39,737 nt of DNA from a virus (lineage: Duplodnaviria; Caudoviricetes), in the IMG/VR virus record IMGVR_UViG_3300033475_000076, positions 1 to 39,737 of that record. One strand, written 5' to 3'. How positions within the stretch are numbered: position 1 is the first letter of the stretch; each line of letters opens with the position of its first letter. The notes beneath the pieces are model-generated. The model was not told where the DNA came from, made no database searches, and worked only from the letters and a program-made list of their open reading frames with translations. Shown in pieces: positions 34,619 through 39,737 of this stretch. Made by a program: the position numbers and the translations under genes.

Positions 34619-34796
34619 GCGCTCGACCCCATGGTCTGTGGGCCGAGACAGCAGGAGGATCAGAAGGTAGGAGACCAGCAACATAGGGGGCGCGCTCCAA
34701 TGCGGGTTCATTCGCGAGGAGCATGATATACCCACCAGCGCAATTTGCGATGACAGCAAAAGCCAAGAGGAGTATGTCTATAGTCTTCATCGTCAT
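34566..34796 (-). CDS. small membrane protein
   Basis: GAGGA RBS; N-terminal hydrophobic segment. Confidence 0.45.
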   Translation of the reverse strand: MTMKTIDILLLAFAVIANCAGGYIMLLANEPALERAPYVAGLLPSDPPAVSAHRPWGRAHARRRALSRSVGRAAGH

Positions 34797-34845
34797 TCCT
34801 CGAGCAGACGTGGTGGCGTCGGGATCGCCACCAGCGCCTGGATCG

Positions 34846-35073
34846 TTACGCGGCGGCCTCAGCCTTCTCCGCGCTCGCTGTGGCAGCCTTGCCCTTCAGC
34901 TTCTTCAGGACCTTCTCGTAGGCGTCCTTCGACGGCCACGTGTAGGCCTTGCCGGGGCGAGCGATCTTGTTGGCCCGCAGTTTCAAGCGGACGGTCGCCT
35001 CCTCGAGGTCGAGGTCCTTCGCAAGACGGGCCACATCGTAGACGGCTGCTGCGGTCTTTGTCTTCTCTGCCAT
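34846..35073 (-). CDS. small HTH protein (paralog 6)
   Basis: YDVARLAKDLDLEEATVRLKLR..PGKAYTW; AAGGA RBS; strong codon bias. Confidence 0.8.
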   Translation of the reverse strand: MAEKTKTAAAVYDVARLAKDLDLEEATVRLKLRANKIARPGKAYTWPSKDAYEKVLKKLKGKAATASAEKAEAAA

Positions 35074-36557
35074 GTCTGTTCCTTTCGTTTCAGGTGGTTG
35101 AGCACGCGTGACGTGACTTTGTCTTTGGCTTGTAATGCCGCATAGATCTCCGCGTCAATGGTACCTTCAGCATAGACGAGATAAAAGCGGACTGGTTTTG
35201 TCTGACCCCGACGGTGCAGACGTTTGATGGCTTGACCAAAATCGATCCAGCTATGTGTGGGCGAGAACATGATGCCAGTGTCTGCCCGGAACAGGTCGAT
35301 CCCGACTCCGCCTGTTCTGATCTGGCAGACAAGTACGTCGAACTTACCATTCTGGAATGCCTGTACGATCTTCGGCCGATCCTGTTTCTTCGTCGTGCCC
35401 GTTATGGAGGCAACACGAGGAGTATGCAGGATCAGTTCACGAATCAACGCACTGACCTCTTCACGGTACCGAGCGAAGATGACAATAGGATGTCTTGAGA
35501 CTATCTGGTTAGTATGATCTCGTACAATGCTGATCACGCGACGAATTTTAGCGCGCCCGACTTCGTGAACTTCGCCTTCGTCATCGATAACGTAGCCGCC
35601 ACACACCTGTTGCAGCTTGCCGATCTTCGTGACCTTGAGCGCTGCTGTCGTATTGATCGTTTCCGCGACTGCATCGTACTCAAGCGCCTCATAGATCGCT
35701 CGCTGACGACCTCGCAGCGTGACGGGCGACGGGATCAATTCGAGCGGCGGAAGGTCTAGCACGTCGTCTGCGCGCACGTGCACCGTGTAGCGTTTGATGC
35801 GATCGAGGAACTCCGGCATCTTCGCATCGTCGAAGGGGCGCTTGCGCTTCGCGATCTGAATATATCGCAGCGCCTTCTTCCAGCGAAACGATCCCTTGCG
35901 CACTTCGCTCAGGCGTACGCCTGTCTTGCGGTAGATCTCGTCCTCGTCGAGCGGCACAAGGAAGTGCTCCTCGAAGTCGGCCCAGCGTGTGCCGAAGACC
36001 TCGTTGTTCAGGAAGCGGAATTGCGCCCACAGTTCCTGTGGTTGCTCATCCATCGGCGTGCCCGAGAGCGCGAGCTTGAAGAAGGCAGAGTCGTGGAACT
36101 TCATCGCAGTGCGCGACGCGATCGACTGCCGGTTCTTCAGGCGCTGGCTTTCATCGTAGACAATGAGGGTGAAGCGCACCAGCTTGCGCAACTTCTTGAT
36201 GTGCGGTGGCACAGCCTCATAGTGCAGCAGGATAACGCGTGGGCGCGCCATGCCCGCGTACTCGTCTACGCTTCGCGCGACGTTTAGGCTCGGCAGTTCC
36301 TTGCGCAAGAACGTGAGCCAAGTACTCTCGATGTTCGCGAGCGGCACGACTATCAGTGCTTCGAACTCGTCGTCCATCAGCTGCTCGATCACGCCGCCGG
36401 TCACCCACGTCTTTCCGGTTCCTTGCTCTAGGAACACTCCAAGAGTCTTCATCTCGAGTGCTTGCTTGACGACGTTCCGTTGGTATGCGTCTAGCTTCTG
36501 CCACAGCGGCGAGGCTGTCTTCAACGCTAGTGACCACACGGGCGAAGCCGCCTGCAT
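34983..36557 (-). CDS. SNF2-family helicase
   Basis: QGTGKT, DESQ, LSGTP, GGVGIDL, QAIKRLHRRGQ; start uncertain. Confidence 0.92.
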   Translation of the reverse strand: MQAASPVWSLALKTASPLWQKLDAYQRNVVKQALEMKTLGVFLEQGTGKTWVTGGVIEQLMDDEFEALIVVPLANIESTWLTFLRKELPSLNVARSVDEYAGMARPRVILLHYEAVPPHIKKLRKLVRFTLIVYDESQRLKNRQSIASRTAMKFHDSAFFKLALSGTPMDEQPQELWAQFRFLNNEVFGTRWADFEEHFLVPLDEDEIYRKTGVRLSEVRKGSFRWKKALRYIQIAKRKRPFDDAKMPEFLDRIKRYTVHVRADDVLDLPPLELIPSPVTLRGRQRAIYEALEYDAVAETINTTAALKVTKIGKLQQVCGGYVIDDEGEVHEVGRAKIRRVISIVRDHTNQIVSRHPIVIFARYREEVSALIRELILHTPRVASITGTTKKQDRPKIVQAFQNGKFDVLVCQIRTGGVGIDLFRADTGIMFSPTHSWIDFGQAIKRLHRRGQTKPVRFYLVYAEGTIDAEIYAALQAKDKVTSRVLNHLKRKEQTWQRRQRPQQPSTMWPVLRRTSTSRRRPSA

Positions 36558-36780
36558 TGTTGATCGCTCGGATCGTTTGGTGCTGGATCTCACTGACGCG
36601 CCCTTTCTTCGGCCGCTTCACCTCCAACGCAATGAACAACCCATCCACACAACCGACAAGGTCCGGGATGCCCGCTCGCTGAAACGGACCGCCCCAGACC
36701 TTGAACCAGAAGCCGCCGACCTCACGCTCGAGAGCCTTACGGATGCGCAGCTGTAAGCGTGACTCCGGCTGCTTACTCAT
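36217..36780 (-). CDS. VRR-NUC nuclease (Holliday-junction-resolvase-like)
   Basis: ESRLQ, AGIPDL, IALEVK, SEIQ. Confidence 0.88.
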   Translation of the reverse strand: MSKQPESRLQLRIRKALEREVGGFWFKVWGGPFQRAGIPDLVGCVDGLFIALEVKRPKKGRVSEIQHQTIRAINNAGGFARVVTSVEDSLAAVAEARRIPTERRQASTRDEDSWSVPRARNRKDVGDRRRDRAADGRRVRSTDSRAAREHREYLAHVLAQGTAEPKRRAKRRRVRGHGAPTRYPAAL

Positions 36781-37115
36781 CGGCTTATGCCTGTCAGGAT
36801 CCAACGCCTGAACATGGCCAGCTTGCGCTCGTAACGCTCCCGAAGCTGTGGAGTATCGAGGTGGTTCATCTCGGTGAAGTACGTCAGAGCAGCGTACACG
36901 TCGGCCATCTCCTCGCGCAATGGACCGCGCAAGTCGCCGCCCCAGTGACTAGTTCCACCGTACGCGCACATCTTCGCGAGGACTTGCTGCAGTTCGCCCA
37001 TCTCCTCCTGCAGCTTGTGGATGCCTTGCCACTCGACGCGTCGCTTCTCAGGAGCGGCACACGTCGGGCAAGGCGTCAGTCGAGATTGGTTCCTGCACAC
37101 GGGACAGACGGTCAT
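36777..37115 (-). CDS. MazG-like NTP pyrophosphohydrolase with N-terminal zinc knuckle
   Basis: KLQEEMGEL...LREEMADV; CPVC..CPTC. Confidence 0.8.
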   Translation of the reverse strand: MTVCPVCRNQSRLTPCPTCAAPEKRRVEWQGIHKLQEEMGELQQVLAKMCAYGGTSHWGGDLRGPLREEMADVYAALTYFTEMNHLDTPQLRERYERKLAMFRRWILTGISR

Positions 37116-37129
37116 TTCATCCTCCTATG

Positions 37130-37170
37130 AGAAAGCCCGCCGACGCGATTGGGGCCGCGGCGACGGGCTC
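37130..37170 (-). terminator. probable terminator
   Basis: GAGCCCGTCGCCGCG...CGCGTCGGCGGGCTTTC hairpin after the SSB gene. Confidence 0.55.
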
Positions 37171-37187
37171 TACCGATGACGCTACAG

Positions 37188-38003
37188 TTACGACTTCAGG
37201 GCGCCGGCGTCGTCGAGCGCGTCAATGACAGCGGCCCGCTTCTTACGCAGCGTAGCGAGACCGTCGAGGTCCACGTCGAGGTCGAACTCACTGACCACGT
37301 CGGCCAGCTCATCCTCGCCCATGTCCTCCAACTCGTCCTGGCTCAGGCTCTTCTTCGCCTTGGCGGCTTTCTTGTCAGAGCCTTTGTCGCGGCTTCGACG
37401 AGAGCGGCGGCTGTTGTCTTGCTCCTCAGCTTCCTCCTCGTTCCCGCCATCGCCGTCAGCATTCTCCTCCTCACCGTCATCGCGTGCTGCCTTCGCAGCC
37501 GCGCGCTTCTGCGCCCGTCGGCCCTTGCCGCGTGGCTCTTCCTCCTGCTCCTCTTCCTCACCCTCTGACTTGTCGCCCGCATAGCTGCCCTCTCCCTCGA
37601 GCGGCCAGAAGTCGACCAGCCGCGACTGACGCTTGCCCTCATAGGTGTCGTGCTCGACAACGGCGACCATCTTCATGCCAAGATAGTCGTCGGTGTCCAT
37701 CTCCGTCTCATCGTCGGGGATGTCAGCCTGCAGCGCCTCGAGGAGGTTGCGCAGGTTCCACAACGCTTGCGGCGCCAGCGAGGTGTTGTAGTACAGGATG
37801 CCGCCCTTCTTGTCGCCCTCAGCGACGCGGAACTTCCACTTCAGGTAGGGGTGCTCCTGCCCGTCCTCCGAGGTCAGGTCGGCCACCTCGACGATGTACT
37901 CACCCTCGGGCAGCCGGATCTTGCCCTCAACGTCCCTCATTCCGGGAATAATGATCTTCCCGCTCCGGCGCTTCGCGTTCTGCTTGTCACGCATCCTTGC
38001 CAT
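37188..38003 (-). CDS. single-stranded DNA-binding protein (DUF669-like) with long acidic tail
   Basis: LPEGEY, YLKWKFRV, ALWNLRNLLEAL, YEGK; next to the Sak4-like ATPase. Confidence 0.8.
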   Translation of the reverse strand: MARMRDKQNAKRRSGKIIIPGMRDVEGKIRLPEGEYIVEVADLTSEDGQEHPYLKWKFRVAEGDKKGGILYYNTSLAPQALWNLRNLLEALQADIPDDETEMDTDDYLGMKMVAVVEHDTYEGKRQSRLVDFWPLEGEGSYAGDKSEGEEEEQEEEPRGKGRRAQKRAAAKAARDDGEEENADGDGGNEEEAEEQDNSRRSRRSRDKGSDKKAAKAKKSLSQDELEDMGEDELADVVSEFDLDVDLDGLATLRKKRAAVIDALDDAGALKS

Positions 38004-38004
38004 T

Positions 38005-38844
38005 TTAGGCTCCTCTGATGATGTCTACGATGTCTTGGAACTCGGGATCCACTAACACGTCAGGCAACACTTGCGCCCGCGGCTTACGCACCTTGCGAAC
38101 GTAAATCGAGCTAGGCCCAATGCCGAGACAATACTCCATGCGACGCTCCTTTACTTTCCTGCCTGTCTTCTTGTCCTCCTTCTCGATCTTGCGTTCGCGA
38201 ATGAACATGTTCCCAATGACCGAGACGTCCGCGTTCAACGTCTTGACCACACTGGGTGACAGCGCGGGCCCGACCTCGGGCGCCAGCATCTGATCGTTGG
38301 CCTCCTCCTCGTCGGACAGATTGAACGTGCGGTCTTGAGCGATGAACAGCACATCCATGCCGAGGTTCGTGAGGTCACGATAGTTGGACAGCCACTCCTT
38401 CATCAGTGCGGCAACGTCGCCCCACTGCTGTTTCGTCATGCTGCCCCAATCGCCCGCTCGCTTCTTCGCCGATGACGACACCTCGCGCACGACCATCGTT
38501 TGCAGCTGTGTGGCCGTGTCGATCACCACCGACTTGAACGCCTTCGGGTTGTTCTTCAGATACCAGTAGGTGTCCTCGAAGTCGGAGAACGACTCGATCT
38601 GCATCACTTTGATGCCCTTCACGTCAGCGATCGAGTCGGTGCCCTTGTCCTTCACGTCGATATAGAGTAGTGGCTTAGGCATAGTTGCCGCGAACGTGGT
38701 CTTACCGCTGCCCGAGCGCCCGTAGACGACCATGCTGACGTTGTGCTTGATGTCCTTGAGCTCTTTGAACGGCAGAGAGCGCGTGCTACTCTGCGTCGAC
38801 CTCGTAGCGGTGTTCGTCCTTTTCAACACGGTATTCCCTTTCAA
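38005..38844 (-). CDS. AAA_24 / Sak4-like ATPase (recombinase)
   Basis: YGRSGSGKTT, VVIDT, QQWG, FIAQ. Confidence 0.88.
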   Translation of the reverse strand: MKGNTVLKRTNTATRSTQSSTRSLPFKELKDIKHNVSMVVYGRSGSGKTTFAATMPKPLLYIDVKDKGTDSIADVKGIKVMQIESFSDFEDTYWYLKNNPKAFKSVVIDTATQLQTMVVREVSSSAKKRAGDWGSMTKQQWGDVAALMKEWLSNYRDLTNLGMDVLFIAQDRTFNLSDEEEANDQMLAPEVGPALSPSVVKTLNADVSVIGNMFIRERKIEKEDKKTGRKVKERRMEYCLGIGPSSIYVRKVRKPRAQVLPDVLVDPEFQDIVDIIRGA

Positions 38845-39737
38845 TGATGAAGTCCACGTCTCCGCCGCGCAGTTCAGCGCGACACAACGACTCGTAGGAG
38901 CACCAGGAGCAGTGTCGGCCGATGTTCTTGCACGGCTGCGAACCTTGCGAGTCGCGCATACGAATTGCGGCCAGGCGGAAGTCGGCGAACACCTTATCCA
39001 CCACGTCTTTTTTCGTCGGGGTGAATATCCTTTGGAAATAGCGCGAGCGGTTTTTTTCCGCGGACTTCATCAGGTGCTTGGTGTCAGCGTTCTGGCCCGT
39101 CTCCTCCTTGTACTCAGCGATCCAGCGCTCTACGCGGGCGGGGATCGTGTCGAGCGCACGCTTGCTCGGTTGCCCGTTCTTGAGGATCTGTGGTCGCATG
39201 GGCGGCTTAGAGCGAATATAGTCCCACAGTACTCCGTCCACCTTCGGCCATCCCATCATCTCAATGGCGCGTGTGTAGACGGGCGCTTGCACATTGCGCC
39301 AGCGTTCATCCTCGTTCGGGATCGACTTGCCCCAACTCTTGTGCTCGACCAGCCAGCGCAATCCGTTAGGCGTCTTAGCGAACGCGTCGATCTTGCCCTT
39401 GAATGTGATCCCGTCAGCGATCTCCACCCCGAAGATATGCTCAGCACTACGCTTCTGGAAGCGGATGTACTGCAGCGACTTCTCACCGTAGAAGCGGAAG
39501 TAGTCGGTCATGATGTCGTGCGTGTCCTGCACGATGTCACCATAGAGCTCGACTTCCGTCTTGGACAGTTTGCCCTGCTTCTCCGCTTCCTTGGCGAGTA
39601 CAGCGAAGGGATCATCGCCATTCGCGTGCGCCTCGATCATGTTGTGGACGATGCCGCCGAACGTGAGCGGCCTCGACTTCTTATTGGGGACGAGGTCCAT
39701 CGTGTACTTGTAATGAGCCGCCTGCTGGCAGTTCAGC
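38786..39737 (-). CDS. Cas4/RecB-like PD-(D/E)xK exonuclease, 5'-truncated
   Basis: GKIDAF, LVEHKS, Q...Y; N-terminal Cys plus C-terminal C..C.....C (Fe-S type); frame open to the window edge. Confidence 0.88.
   Translation of the reverse strand, partial: LNCQQAAHYKYTMDLVPNKKSRPLTFGGIVHNMIEAHANGDDPFAVLAKEAEKQGKLSKTEVELYGDIVQDTHDIMTDYFRFYGEKSLQYIRFQKRSAEHIFGVEIADGITFKGKIDAFAKTPNGLRWLVEHKSWGKSIPNEDERWRNVQAPVYTRAIEMMGWPKVDGVLWDYIRSKPPMRPQILKNGQPSKRALDTIPARVERWIAEYKEETGQNADTKHLMKSAEKNRSRYFQRIFTPTKKDVVDKVFADFRLAAIRMRDSQGSQPCKNIGRHCSWCSYESLCRAELRGGDVDFIIEREYRVEKDEHRYEVDAE

Overview
About 40 kb of a GC-rich tailed (siphovirus-type) phage or prophage genome, cut at both ends. The host is probably an alphaproteobacterium (inference from a CtrA-like regulator and gene content). 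Layout: (i) 1-9.2 kb, mostly minus-strand early/accessory genes (DUF2786, DUF932, a receiver-less OmpR/CtrA-like wHTH, an FlbD-like protein, many tiny membrane proteins, a structured intergenic element, a candidate origin, and a cluster of five related HTH proteins); (ii) 9.3-33.0 kb, plus-strand virion module (TerS, an oppositely oriented four-gene cassette, PBSX-type TerL, portal, MuF/gp7, lysis genes, DUF2213 protease, capsid, neck, tail with a -1 frameshift chaperone, TMP, fibre); (iii) 33.1-39.7 kb, minus-strand tyrosine recombinase and replication/recombination genes (SNF2 helicase, VRR-NUC, MazG-like, SSB, Sak4-like ATPase, Cas4-like exonuclease). Most notable: a portal fused to an Acb1-like 2H phosphodiesterase behind a possible maturation-protease site; six paralogous HTH domains, five of them beside a purine-pyrimidine/AT-rich ori-like element; a dif-like Xer site and an early-gene cassette splitting terS from terL; and a three-way-junction RNA candidate. 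All family calls come from motif recognition by eye, not database searches.
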